Origin: the human T2T-CHM13v2.0 reference genome, Homo sapiens
Assembly (NCBI RefSeq): GCF_009914755.1
Contig: NC_060930.1
Reading direction: 5' to 3' (one strand)
DNA length: 64,000 nt
Shown: piece by piece, positions 13,315 to 26,750 of the stretch
Numbering within the stretch: position 1 is the first letter of the stretch
Layout: every line of letters begins with the position of its first letter
The notes under the pieces: model-generated
Databases searched by the model: none
Told to the model about the DNA's origin: nothing
The model's input: only the letters and a program-made list of their open reading frames with translations
Position numbers and translations under genes: made by a program

Positions 13315-13395
13315 GGTGAGAAGCTGCCTCGCTGTGTGACCTTGGGCAAGTCACCTCCTTTGTGAGCCTCAGTCTCCTCATCTGTCCACAGGCAC
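13315..13395 (+). mobile_element. MIR core fragment adjoining the candidate alternative exon
   Basis: gctgtgtgaccttgggcaagtcac...gagcctcagtctcctcatctgt. Confidence 0.75.
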
Positions 13396-13959
13396 CACGG
13401 TGAAAGACTGGGATGTGTCAGGCACTGCGAGGGTCCCGAGGGAGAATGAGTGTTACAGAAGCCTGGGGAGAGGGGAGGAATTGGCCCAGATGTTCAGAGC
13501 CAGCCATGCACCTCTCTCACACACAGGAGGTGCGACAGGGGCTCATGCACAGCCTCCCTTGGTAACCCTCACCACGGCCCCGAGGTAGGAAGCCAGAGCC
13601 CGATCCTCAGAAGAGAAGCTGCCCCTCCGAAGCTGAGGAACATGCCTGGGTTCACACCCAGGCCCACCCAATGGCAAGCCAGGCTTCCTCTGTGCCACAG
13701 TGCTGTCTGTGGGCCAGGACACAGGCAATGATGACCTTAGGTCACACCCAAATGTCCAAGGGGCAGAGAGAGCTGGGGGCAGCCCAGGGAGGCTGCGGGA
13801 CCCAAAGGGGCGAGGCTGAGGGTGGAGCAGGGTGGGCTTCCCCGGGGCTGGGGACATGGAGCAGGCTGGGCCAGGGCCAGGCATCCTTGCCAGTGGGCAG
13901 GAGGCGGCAGCAGCACGAGGCTACTGGAGTGTTCGTGTCATCATAACAGGACTGGTGGC

Positions 13960-14180
13960 TGTTGGCTAACGAGCACCTACTCTGTGCCAAGCACTTCGTG
14001 TGGATTATTCATTTCTCCCTCACACAATAATCCCATGAAGTGAACACTACTTATTACCTTCATTTTTCAGATGAGGAAATGGAGGCCCAAGAATACATGG
14101 AAACAGGATGACACAGCAAGTGGCAAAGTGAGATTTGAACCCAGGTCTGTCTGGCCCCAGTCCCTAAGCACTCTCACCCC
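13960..14180 (-). mobile_element. MIR
   Basis: gagcacctactctgtgccaagcac...catttttcagatgaggaaatggaggccc...gatttgaacccaggtctgtctgg. Confidence 0.8.
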
Positions 14181-14939
14181 CTGCTCCCCACCTGGCACAC
14201 ACTGCGTGTCCATTCCCAGCCTCCTGCCCTTTGCCTACACCATCCCCGCACCCAGGAAGCAGCCAGGATGGGGAGCTGAGAGTCCCTGTTCCAGGTGTTT
14301 CCCCACCACATCCCTTGGGTGCCACTTCACATCTCTGAGCCTCAGTTTCTGCATCTGCTCAATGGGGGCTTAATTACATGACCCCTGCTGCACTGACGGG
14401 TAAGGACAGGGAGGCCTCCACAAGGTGGGAGTAACATCCAAAAGCCCGTTCTGCAAAAGCCGACAATCCTCACACAGGCCGTGGGAGGCAGGGGCGGGGC
14501 TGGGAAAACCTCAGTGTAGCGTCTGGGGTGTCGGTAACTGCACCCCATGTCCTGATGACCGCATCACCAGGAGCACTGAGTGCCGGCAGTGGGGCGTGGC
14601 CAGGCCGAGAAAATTAACCATGGTGTCTGCCCAGTGCGTTCTCGAGTCAAGTTAATGTGCAGTGCTGTATGTAATATATTGCACTATATTAATATAATAT
14701 GATATAATGGGATATATTACCATTATTGAACACATGAGCCGATAAAAGTCACATCACCATCTTTCCACATAATTTATATCACAGCCAGGCCAGGGCCAGG
14801 CTGGCAGCCCCAAGCTGGCAGAGAGGAGGCCCCTCTGGGGCTCTGGGGGCTTCCACTGGGGAAAAGGGTCCTGACCCCTGGGAGGGGAGTCAAAAACCAG
14901 CTTGGAAGGAAGATGGAGGCAAGGCTAGGTGACCGGCCG

Positions 14940-16410
<1,471 letters not shown>

Positions 16411-16899
16411 ACAACTACAAACAGGCGAGCCTGAGCGGCAGTTGGCTTTCACCTGCTTCTCATTATCAGGTTTCTTCAAGATTCTGTTGGGGGAAACTTT
16501 CTCCTTCCAAAGAGAATCTGGAAACTCCTGGCCTGGTGTGGATGAGGCAGCTGAGGAATGGACGGGCCAAGTGGCAGCAATTCAGCCAAGACCACAGGTG
16601 GCTGGAGGCTGGCCCCTCCCTCTGCCCAGCACGGCCTCCATGGCCCTAGGGTAGAGCTGGCTGCTGAGCACTCAGGCTGCAGGGGGTATCTCCGAAGCCA
16701 GGGGTGAGAAGGACCCCAGGGGATCTTTGCCTGATTCCTGGCTGCCTCCCACGGCTGTCCTTGGACACTGGCGGCCCCTTGCTCTGACCTGATCTCTGGT
16801 GGTGTCTGCAGGAAGGGGCCCACATACAGGTACTCATGGTAAGCTTCCACTCCCTCTAGCCCCTGGCAAGGGGGGAGAGGCGATATGGCTCCACCCCAT

Positions 16900-17420
16900 G
16901 ATGGACACATTCAGAATATACCTCCTGAGCACCCTCTATGTGCCTGGCGCCATGGCAAGCACCAGGAGGCCACAGTGAGCAAAAGCAGACAAAGCCGTAT
17001 GCTCGTATTGCTGAGTCCAGAAGGAGAGCTGGCCTCTCACCGGACCCACACACGAATACACACAAAATCGTGATGACCGAGAGGCGATGGGGATGAGAGC
17101 CCGGAACAAGGTCCTGGATCTAGCCAGGGTAGCAATGGAGCACTCCCCTTAGAAGGCAGCATTACGCTGACACCTAGAAGAGAGGTAGGCAAAACCCAGG
17201 TGAAGAGGGGAGGGAAGCACATCCCAGACAGAAGAGGCAGCAGGTACAAAGGCCCTGTGGCCAAGGGCCCATGGCAGGTCCAAGAAACTAAAAGGCCAAA
17301 ACAGAGGATGGGAGACACAGCTTGACGGGCAGGATGAGCCCTGGATACCCACGGGAGGCCACTGCAATGGTCCAGGTGAGAGAAGACAGCAGCCTGGACC
17401 GGGGTGTCTATGGAGATGGA
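16900..17420 (-). mobile_element. L2 fragment
   Basis: gggaagcacatcccagacagaagaggcagcaggtacaaaggccctgtggc matches reverse L2. Confidence 0.65.
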
Positions 17421-17834
17421 GAGAAATACAACCCTCCCTCAAACCCTCTGGCTCCCAGGTGTCTCCTCCTTGTGACAAACAGTTGACAAGCCCTTGCCTA
17501 GACACTGAGCCCACCAAAAACACAAGGGCCTGGAGCCAGGAGACAAGGCTAACAAGTTCTCCAAGGACAGCTGAGTGGTTCCCCTCTGGGCCAAGCCCAT
17601 TCCTTCAAGAAAACAGGGCTGCTGCAGGTTCTCTAGCTACCTCTGCAGCACAGGCTGGGTGAGGAGGGGCAGGGACCCAGCCCAGAGCATGAGGAGAAGG
17701 CCACCCTGCCCCACCTCCACCACTGCCACACTCCGCAGCTCCGTGAGCTTGCCACGACGGGAAGATCTGAATTCTAACTCACCGCATGACCTCAAACCAG
17801 ACAGTCCTCCTTCCTGTGCCCCAGGTTTCTCATC

Positions 17835-18080
17835 TAATAATCCTAACAGCCGCTATAATAAGAGTTAACAGCTCTCAAGCACTTATGATGTGCCAGCCTC
17901 TGCTCTCAGCACTGCTTACGCATTGATTTATTTAGGCCTCACCAGAAACCTGTTGCAGACAGAGCTGCTAGCGCCTAGCCCAGTGCACTGCTGAGGGGAC
18001 TTGCCCAGAGATACTCAGCTGGTAAGTGGCTGAGCCAGGGCTTGAACCCTCACAGCCGGGCCCTGCCTGCCATCACACTA
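17835..18080 (-). mobile_element. MIR
   Basis: caagcacttatgatgtgccag...gacttgcccagagatactcagctggtaagtggctgagccagggcttgaaccc. Confidence 0.7.
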
Positions 18081-19626
18081 TGCTGCCTCCACAGAGAAAT
18101 AAGGATTGGACGGAATCACCTAAGACTCTCTGGCTCTGTCGTGGCTGCCTCCTATGATCCTCAGCCCAGAAATCCAGCCTCCCAGTTTCTCCGAAAGGAT
18201 GGCAGACCTGATTTGGGGTGGGCCTCTCCCACAGCCCTTCTACTTCCCTCCACGCCTGCAGAGACCTCCCAATGTCCAGTTCAGTGCCCACAGTGTGCCA
18301 GGTGCTGGGAGGTGGCAGAGAACAGGGCAGCCCCCGCCCTGTATTGAGGATCTGCTTCCGCCATCTCCTGGCTGCCCACCGAGGTCCCCTGCTCACGAAG
18401 GCACTGGCACCAGCCCCCCATCCCTGCCTCTCACCTCCCGTCCTATACCGGTGCACCTCGAGGTCCCCTCCCAGGTAGAGTGCCTGCAACCCTCACTCAG
18501 GTCTATTCCAGGGGACCCACCTGTGATAGTGCTTTCCACCGTCATCTCCCTTCATGCCACCCCTATAGCAGCCCTTCCCAGTAGGAATTATCACCCGCCA
18601 CTCGGGGTGAGGACCTGGGGACTAGAGAGAAGTTGCCATCCTCAGCTGCCAGCAGCTGACTGAAGCCTAGGCCCATCAATGCCAAAGATCGAAACCCTTC
18701 CTTGCTGCTGCCTGGCCTCCCTCCTCCCCTGCCAGCAAGAGCCACCAGCACATCTGGGTCCTGTCCAGACAATGAGGGGACAGGCAGGAGATGCCCGCTG
18801 GCTCCCCCTGTCCAGGTTCGATGTGTCCAATTGCCAGCAACTGGTGATCTGAGCTGACCCACTCTGAGAGGGAAGCCCCTCGTTGATCTTAGCCCCTCCC
18901 ACCCTGTCCCACCCACCCAGGCCCCTGCCCCAGAATCTTCATAAAAGGTGGAAGGTTGACAAAGCTCTGCCACCACCAACCCAGGCCTCAGTGGGTCCCT
19001 GCAGGGGCTGCCTCTGGAGCAGAGCCTGCAGAGGGGCCACCCACCCCAGTCAGCAGGCACGGCCAGGCCTCCCGGGCACCAGCAGACAATGGGCATCTGC
19101 AGAGTACATTCAAAGGGAGGCCCAAAGCCCTGCCCAGTCCTCCAAGGCCTCCACAATGCCTGCTGCCCAGTCTCAAAAGCCGATTTCTGTTCAAACCCAC
19201 CCATGTCACCTGGAAGGAGGCCTTTAACCATAGACTCTTAGCTGTGGAGGGCAGGATTACCCTCTACGGTGTCCCTGACTGTGGCCTCTGGCTTCTGCTT
19301 GCCTGCCTCCTGCAACAGGCAGCTCACCACTTCACACGGTAGTCAATTCCAGCACCTGCGGCTGCCAGGCTTTCAGGATACTGAGCTGAAATCTGCCTCC
19401 CTGTCACTGTCATGTGGTTCCAAGTTCTCTGGAGCCATGGAGACTCTGACTGTGCCCTCAGCTGGAAGGACCTCCAAGGCTCTTTGACTCTCTGCTCCAT
19501 GTACACCACCCCCCAGCAGCCTGCTGCCCTTCCCTTGGTGGTCTAGGTCCACACATGTGCACACAGACACACGGGGGACACAGGTCACATGTTCAGGCAC
19601 AACCGCCACTTAAACCATGGTGTCCC

Positions 19627-19903
19627 TTGGGAGGCTGAAGCGGGCAGATTCCTTGAGCCCAGGAGTTCAAGACCAGCCTGGGCAATACAGCAAGACTGTC
19701 TCTACAAAAAATTTAAAATTAGCCAGGCATGGCGGTGCACAACTATAGTTCCAGCTACTCGGGAAGCTGAGGTACGAGGATCGCTTGAGCCCGGGAGGTC
19801 GAGGCTGCAGTGAGCCATGGTTGCGCTACTGCACTATAGCCTGGGTGAAAGAGCAAGACCCTGTCTCAAAAACAACACCCACCAAAAAAAAAAAAAAAAA
19901 AAA
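19627..19903 (+). mobile_element. 5'-truncated AluJ
   Basis: AluJ-type right arm (gaggatcgcttgagcccgggaggtcgaggctgcagtgagccatg), poly(A), TSD CATGGTGTCCC at 19616-19626 and 19909-19919. Confidence 0.92.
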
Positions 19904-20683
19904 CCCCACATGGTGTCCCAAGCCCTCCCCACGTTGAAGGAAAGCCGTGGCCCTGTGTCAGCTCCCCTGCCTCACTTACCTCTGCACTTACCAGCCCCCC
20001 TCCCCCACCCGACCTGGCCACACTGGCCTCCACCGAGCACCCTAAGCATGGCCAGCCTCACAGCCTTTGCATGTGCAGTGCCCTCTGCCAACTGGGCTTT
20101 TCCGCAGAATATCCTCCTTCACACCATCCACATCTCTGATTGAATGTCATCTTCTCAGAGAGGTTGTTGCTGAATATCTCAGCCACAGCAGCCCTGCTCC
20201 CTACCCCCTTACCATACCCCTTCTCATCCCCACCTTACATGACATGTCTCTCCAGGAGCGTGTGTCTGCCTCAGCCTCCCCGCTGTGCCGGGGTGCTGGG
20301 CTGGTAGCACCTGCAGCCCGTGAGTCCCCAGGGCATCAGAGATCAAAGTGGTGCCCCTCCCTGGCCCAGGCTGCAGGCCATCTGTCTTGCCTGGCAGCTC
20401 TCCTCTGCCCAGCCTTCCTCCAGCTCAGGCCTGGAGGTGAGGAGATAGCAGGAAGTTCCCCCCAGGGCAGGCTGGGAGTATGGACAGTAAGAGCCCACAA
20501 GGAACAGCCTCTCTCCAGGGGAACGCTGTGCCCCACAGACTGCAAGGAGCCAAGCGGAGACAGGGCTCCCCATGGGCACCCTCAGGCTGCCAAGGCTTGG
20601 GGGCAGCTCCAGACAATCCGTCTCATGCATTTGGATATCAGCTGACAGCAGCAGGGGCCAGGGAGGAGGAGACACACACAGGC

Positions 20684-20688
<5 letters not shown>

Positions 20689-20728
<40 letters not shown>
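20689..20728. repeat. (AC)20 microsatellite
   Basis: Perfect run. A second imperfect CA tract lies at ~20963-20999. Confidence 0.97.
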
Positions 20729-20730
<2 letters not shown>

Positions 20731-20962
20731 CAGGATCCAACCCTTCCAGGAGCTGGTGGAGGCATGCTGTCAGACAGGCAAGAACACTTCAGGCACATGG
20801 GTGCACTGAGCATCCCTAGACACCCCCACCCCACACACATTCAAGAGCAGCAGCTCACACAGGTGTGCCCACACACATATGAGGAGCCACTCCTTGAGTC
20901 CCACACATACTTTCCTGGACTCACACTCACAGGCCTCTTGGTGGTAAGTACAACCAACCGTG

Positions 20963-20998
<36 letters not shown>

Positions 20999-22644
20999 TA
21001 GAGTCAGCACTGGTGGAGGCAGCATTAACAGTGTATTTTGGGGAGCACAAGAGAGTGTTCATAACCCACCCCTGATCTTGCCATCCTGCCCAGCTGCCCA
21101 TCAAGCAGCTGGAACTCTTAACTGCCCATGGTAGGCAAGAGAGTGCTGTCCCCCATCCACACCCCGGCAGGGGACAGCTTTCTGCAGGGCTGGATCCTGC
21201 CCATGGGAGAACCAGCCTGGCAGGGGCAAAGCTCAAGGTGGGCAAGAGCTGATGGGCTGGGTGGGGGTCAGAATGGGCAGCAGCCAGGTGGCAGTGGGGA
21301 TGGAGGAGGATTAAGGTCGCTGGGCACTGGCACCAGCTTGGGGATGCCCAGAGGCTGCCCCCCGGGACACCATGGGCTGATGTTGGCAGCATTGCCCCTC
21401 TCCTCAGTCACCAGCCTGCCCAGGAATTGGCACTGCTTGGGGGAGTGTGGCCAGACCAGACGCACCCCCACCTGTTCCATTTCCTGATTGTCCAGATCTT
21501 ATTGAGGTTTCTCAATAAGAAAAGGAGACTTGCCTGGAGATTCTGAAATGGGGAGGTCTCCTCACTCACCCCAAGTTGCACCTAAATAAACGTAGTGGAA
21601 GGGGGGGACATGATCACTCCTGGAAAGCCCTGCTTCAGCCCAGGGAGGAGAAAGCAGTGCCTGTAATTTGTTTTAATAATCCTGCTGAACTGGGAGAAAA
21701 TTAACAAATGAGAAACCAGATTGAAATTAATCAAACTTCTCCCTGTCCATCCCCCCACCTTCCATCTTAATGAAGGTTATTTATCCAACGAGCGATAAAA
21801 CACGGAATTAAATTAAATAGCCCCTTTCTTTTCCTCCTCTCCCCCGCCCCAGGGAGGCAGCATCTCCCTGCTTACAGCTCTATAAGCCATGCTGGGCTGG
21901 CGGCCATGGCAGACCCATGATTCCTGGACACCAATCAGAGGGGTTTCCCAGAAGGAGCCCCTCAATTAGTGCATTCCCTGTTTGGGTCTCACTGCCAGCT
22001 CTCTGCCAAAAATATGAAAGGCAGTTAACTCAACCACCCTCCTGAGGTGGGAGAGAGGGAGGTCCCTGTTGTTGGGTCTTATCTGATGCAGCTGGGGGGA
22101 CTCACCAGTTTCTCTGTGGGGGAGAGAAGGGCCTGAGTGTGGAAGGTGGGGAGTGTGAGCTTCCCCCCAAATGAGGACACTTTAGTGCCCATGGCAGGTT
22201 CCAGCTGGAAACCCTATCCTGGCCCCAACTTCTTGGTGGGAAGGGGTTGGAGGCGGCAGGGGAAGCTCAGGAAAAACCTCTAGTGAAAACAGGACTCAGC
22301 CCCCCGCCCTATCCCCTGCCTGGCTCCCTCCCTTGCCTGGGGCTCAGGGCATGAAACACCAAGAATGCGAGTGGCACAGATGCCCTCACTGCACCTCTCG
22401 GCCAGGGATGCTCCCATACCCCTAACTTCCTCTGTCAGTTTGCTAGGCATCTGCTTCCCCGAACTTCTCTTCCCTGCAGCTTTGAATCCACTTATGTTTT
22501 CGCCAGGGCCATCTTTTGGAGTCACAGGTTGCTAAACAACTGCTCTCAGGGTCTGTCCTTAACCATTCCCTTTGGTCATTCCCTCTGGGTTTGAAAATTG
22601 CAATAATAATGACCTTCCATTTACAGCTTTTACATACATTCTCT

Positions 22645-23009
22645 GTTTTCCCTCCTTCCTTCCTCCCTTCCCTTTCTTCTTTCCCTTCCTTCCTTCCTCC
22701 TTCCCTTCCCTTCCCTCCCTCCCTTCCTTCCTTTCTTTTCATTTCTTTCTATTTTAGAGATGTTGCCCAGGCTGGAGTACAACAGTGCAATGACAGCTCA
22801 CTACAGCCTCAAACGCCTGAGTTCAAGCGATGCTCCCACCTCGGCCTCCTGATAAGCTGGGACCACAGGTGCTCACCACCACACCTGGCTAATTTTTAAA
22901 TTTTTTGCAGAGATGGGGTCTCACTATGTTGCCCAGGCTGGTCTCGAACTCCTGGGCTCAAGTGATTCTCCCACCTCGGGATTACAGGCCTGAGCCACCA
23001 TGCCTGGCC
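22645..23009 (-). mobile_element. AluJ with small internal deletions and a tail degenerated into a (CCTT)n-like tract
   Basis: Reverse-complement AluJ sequence at 22746-23009, preceded by ~100 bp of pyrimidine-only repeat. Confidence 0.9.
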
Positions 23010-23329
23010 ACGTTCTCCCATTTAAACCTAACGTCTACCCAGGTAGGGAGATATTTGTTGAAATGCCCACTTTATAAGGAAAACAGATGCGGGTCCTTGT
23101 GCAGGGTTTATCTAGCAGTAGCTGGAGGTCCCAGCTTGGTTGGGCTGAGCTTTGAGGATTGGGGTGGGACTCGGAGGGAGGATGGGGCTCTGCAGAACTG
23201 CCCAGCCCTCTGGAAGTCTCCTCAGGGGCTTTCTGTGGAGCAGAGCTGAGGCTGACGACTCTCTGGGAGGAGTGAGAGGAGAAGGGAGGAAGGAGTGGGG
23301 GAGCAGGGTGCAGCTGAAGGCTCTGACAG

Positions 23330-24510
23330 TGCTGCAAATCTGGTCCTCACATGGCAGCCAGGGAGCACTTTTTAAAACGTAAGTCTAATTATGTCACTCT
23401 GCTTAAAACTCTCCAAGGCTATCTACTGCACCTGGAGTAAAAGTTCTCCTCTGTCTCAGAGCCCACAGGCCCTGCTGACCCAACCCTGCCACACCTTCCC
23501 CTCCCCTCTGAGCAACCCCCTTGCTCCTCAGATGGGCCAAAAATGTTCCTGCTTCAGGGTCTTTGCACTGGCTGTGCCTGCCACCCAAAACACCACCCAG
23601 CCACCTGGCTGCCTTCCTCACTCACCTGGGTCTGTGTTCCAAAGTCCCCTCCCCAGGTCTTCCCTGACTGCCTTGTGTACAAGAGCCCTTCCCCTCCTTC
23701 ACAACTCTCTAGCCCCTGGCCCTGGGCAGGTCCCCTCCACAGCACCTGTCCCCACTCATGTAAGTGATTACATCATGTCTCCTGTCTTTCTTCCCACTCC
23801 AGAAGGTCAGCTCCATGTGGGCAAGGACGGTATGCATTTGGCTCACTCTGCTGCATTCTCAGCCCAACCCAACATCTGCTACTAAAAGATGCTCACCAGC
23901 TATTTGGTGGATATATGAACCAATGGATGTCACTATGCATAAGGCCATCATCCGGGCCACCATCACCTCCAGGCTGAATTGTTCTATCCATCTCCTCATC
24001 ACTCTCTCAGCTTCAGGCCTTGCCCTGCAACCAACCCTCCAGTCCACACCCAAAGGAATACTTTTAACTCCCAAATCCAAGCAGGCACCATCCTGCAGGA
24101 TCAAGTCCACCTTCTTGACCTAAGCCCCCCAATTTCCTCCAGCCCCTCTCCACTCACCCTCTGCCCAACCCTCCTGCATGCCACATCCCTGTCACAGACA
24201 AGCCCAAGGTCCCACCGGTGCCCACCCTCTACCCTGAGGACACTGCCCGGCTCCACCTCTGACAAAGGCTGCCCCATGCACGCCTTGTCAGAACTGCCCT
24301 CGCCCTCCTCTGAGCCCCTAGACCCTCACCTGTACCCCCTCACAGCCCTCCCATACCCCAGTTTGAGCTGTGGCAAATCACATGCCCATCACACCTCCCC
24401 ATCCAGGAAGGACCCAGATTTATTCACTCGGCAATCCTGCCCATCCCCACCACCTGCTCCAGTATCTTGCACAAACTTGGAGCTCCATACATGTTTGCTG
24501 AATCAAATGG
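23330..24510 (+). mobile_element. L2 fragments
   Basis: atgtcactctgcttaaaactctccaaggct...cttcagggtctttgcactggctgtgcc and L2 3'-end-like tgtttgctgaatcaaatg. Confidence 0.7.
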
Positions 24511-24796
24511 AATCCATTCAAAACACAGCCCAGGAAGCATGTCCATTAAGAGAAGCCTTTCCTCCAGGTTGCCAGCATCTCAGGCTGGTCTGAGGACAAA
24601 CGGACCTTTAAGTGCCACTAATCACTGCATCCAGGAGCAGCTGTCCCCAGATGCTGCTAACCTCTCCTCAGGGGTTGCCTGGGTGCAAAGAGGTTCACCA
24701 GGGTTGAGAGGTGGTCAGGGCCCTGCCTAAACGCCAACACGCTGCCTCTGGGCCAGCCACCAGCCAGAACAGCAGCTCCTGGCCCACTCCACAGCT

Positions 24797-24848
24797 TGCA
24801 TGTGTGCGTGCGTGCGTGTATGCGTGTGTGTGTGTGTGCATGCGTGTG
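24797..24848. repeat. (TG)/(TGCG) repeat
   Basis: tgcatgtgtgcgtgcgtgcgtgtatgcgtgtgtgtgtgtgtgcatgcgtgtg. Confidence 0.9.
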
Positions 24849-25819
24849 GCCACCCCCGTGGGTGAGGACAGCAGGCACAACACAGCCACTGCTGAATTAT
24901 TTATTCCCTACATTGTTAGCGCAGTAGAGAGAGCAACCGTGTCTCCAGGCTTCAATTAAAATATCACGGCACCCGCACCGTCTGCCCGGCCACATGCCCA
25001 ACTCCCACCAAAACTGGCAGGAGCGCACCCCCTGGGAAGCATAACCACCCCCAAGCCCAAATTGCTGCCCCTTCCCCTGCTCCCAGCCACAAGGTCCTGG
25101 TTCAGGACCTTGGACAGCAGCCTCCAGGGGTCTGCCCGAAGACACTCGGCAAACCTTTCAGGCCTCTAAAAGACCATTTAGTAAATCGATGCTCTGAAAG
25201 AGCCTTTCTAGCTTCCCAAAGGGGCCCTGGGACAAGCCTTGCTGGGTTTTGGGCCCAACTCCAATCCTCTGTCTGCTCCCAGCCCTCCCTAAATAACTGT
25301 GCAGCGCGAGGCTGGAGGAGGAGTTCGAGGTTCTCACCCCAGCTCTTCAGGCTCCAGGAGAAACTGCGGACACATCACACCTCCCTGGGCTCCATTTGTT
25401 ATCACTCAGAGAATGCAAATGACAGTGGCCAGACTGTGACCTCCATGGACGGTCAATCAATGGAAAGGGACTTTGAAAAGGTAAAAATGAGGTACCGATG
25501 TTGGCCGCACCAGAAGAGGGCTTTAATTACATACAAGTGGGTTTTCTGCGGCCTCGCCACCCCTATCCAACCTGGAAATCCCTGATTCTGGGGCACAGAC
25601 TCAGAATGAAGAAAAAGCTGACAGATCCTTCAGGAGTTGGCTGGGTCACAAACTAACTGGGTCACCCACAAGATTTAATTCAACAACCCCCGGACTAGAA
25701 TATGAGGCCGAGTGAAATCAAAGTGGGCGAGCTGAAAAAGAGCAAGAAATTCCAAACACATGCCGCCTAGAACTGCAGAATGAGCACCGGCTTCAGGGAC
25801 AGGCAGCGCTGCAGGCCTC

Positions 25820-26155
25820 CCTCCACTGCTTTCTGAGCAAGCCTCAGTTTCCTCTCCTGTAAAATGGGGCCGGTGATACTGACTTCCTAGCTGGCGACTC
25901 ACACAAGATAACCTGTGTAAAACACCTAGCACACACCAGGCACATAAATCCAACCATTCATTTTATTAAGCACCTACTATGTTCCAGGCACTGGAGACCA
26001 GAGCAGGGAAGAAGAGAGACACAACCTTGCCTGGTAGAGCTGACACCCCAGTGACCAGGGTTATTCTCTTCAGGACAGCAGAAGAGGGGGCATTGGAGAT
26101 GGGCCTCAAAACAAATGTGGAATTACCAAAGCAAAGAAAGGTGGCAAGAAGGTAC
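25820..26155. mobile_element. MIR (+) followed by L2 3' end (-)
   Basis: gcctcagtttcctctcctgtaaaatgggg, then cattcattttattaagcacctactatgttccaggcactgg. Confidence 0.75.
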
Positions 26156-26159
26156 AGTC

Positions 26160-26750
26160 TCTTTGGGAAAATGATTGGCAGCACCTCCTAAAGCTAATCA
26201 TTCATGCAACCTATGAGCCAACAATTCCACTTAATATATATATATGAGAAACGAGCGTTTACATCCACTAAAAGACACGTACACAAATGTTAAGAGTGGC
26301 TCTATTCATAATAGCCAAACACTGGATTCAGCCCAAATGTCCAGTGGCAGGAGAAAGGGTAAATAAATGATGAATTACCCAAACAATGATACAATGAAAG
26401 AGTACAGAGCAATAGAAGTGAGCAAACCACCAACAGACCCAACCCCAGGGGGTTCTCACAGACAATGTGAGCAAAAGAAGCTGGACATAAAAACCTTGCT
26501 GCACGATTCTGTTACGTGAGGCTCAAAACCAGGCAACACCAGTCTACACAGTTAGAAATCAGGCTATTGATTATCCTTGGGGAGGAAAGGATATTAACTA
26601 GGAGGGGCTCAAGGGAGCTTTCCAGGGCACTGAGAATGTTCTCTATCGGATACCGGCAAATGCATTTATAAAAGTTCAACAAGTCATACACCTGAAATTT
26701 GTGTATCTTACAGTGTATAAGTTGTACCTCCATTTTAAAGAAAAATGTAA
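26160..26750 (+). mobile_element. Old L1 (L1MB-ME) 3' fragment
   Basis: ctatgagccaacaattccactt...tctattcataatagccaaacactgg...cccaaatgtccagtggcaggagaa...gtataagttgtacctccattttaaag. Confidence 0.85.

Noticed and set aside
20311-20336. ATG...CAG|GTGCTA possible extra alternative exon
   Set aside because: Weak donor and 26 nt, so out of frame with the 1686 exon. It cannot be supported as coding, though a UTR exon is not excluded.
20343-21075. His-Thr / Cys-Val repeat ORFs (also at 6.5-7.1 and 46.1 kb)
   Set aside because: Translations of CA/TG microsatellites.
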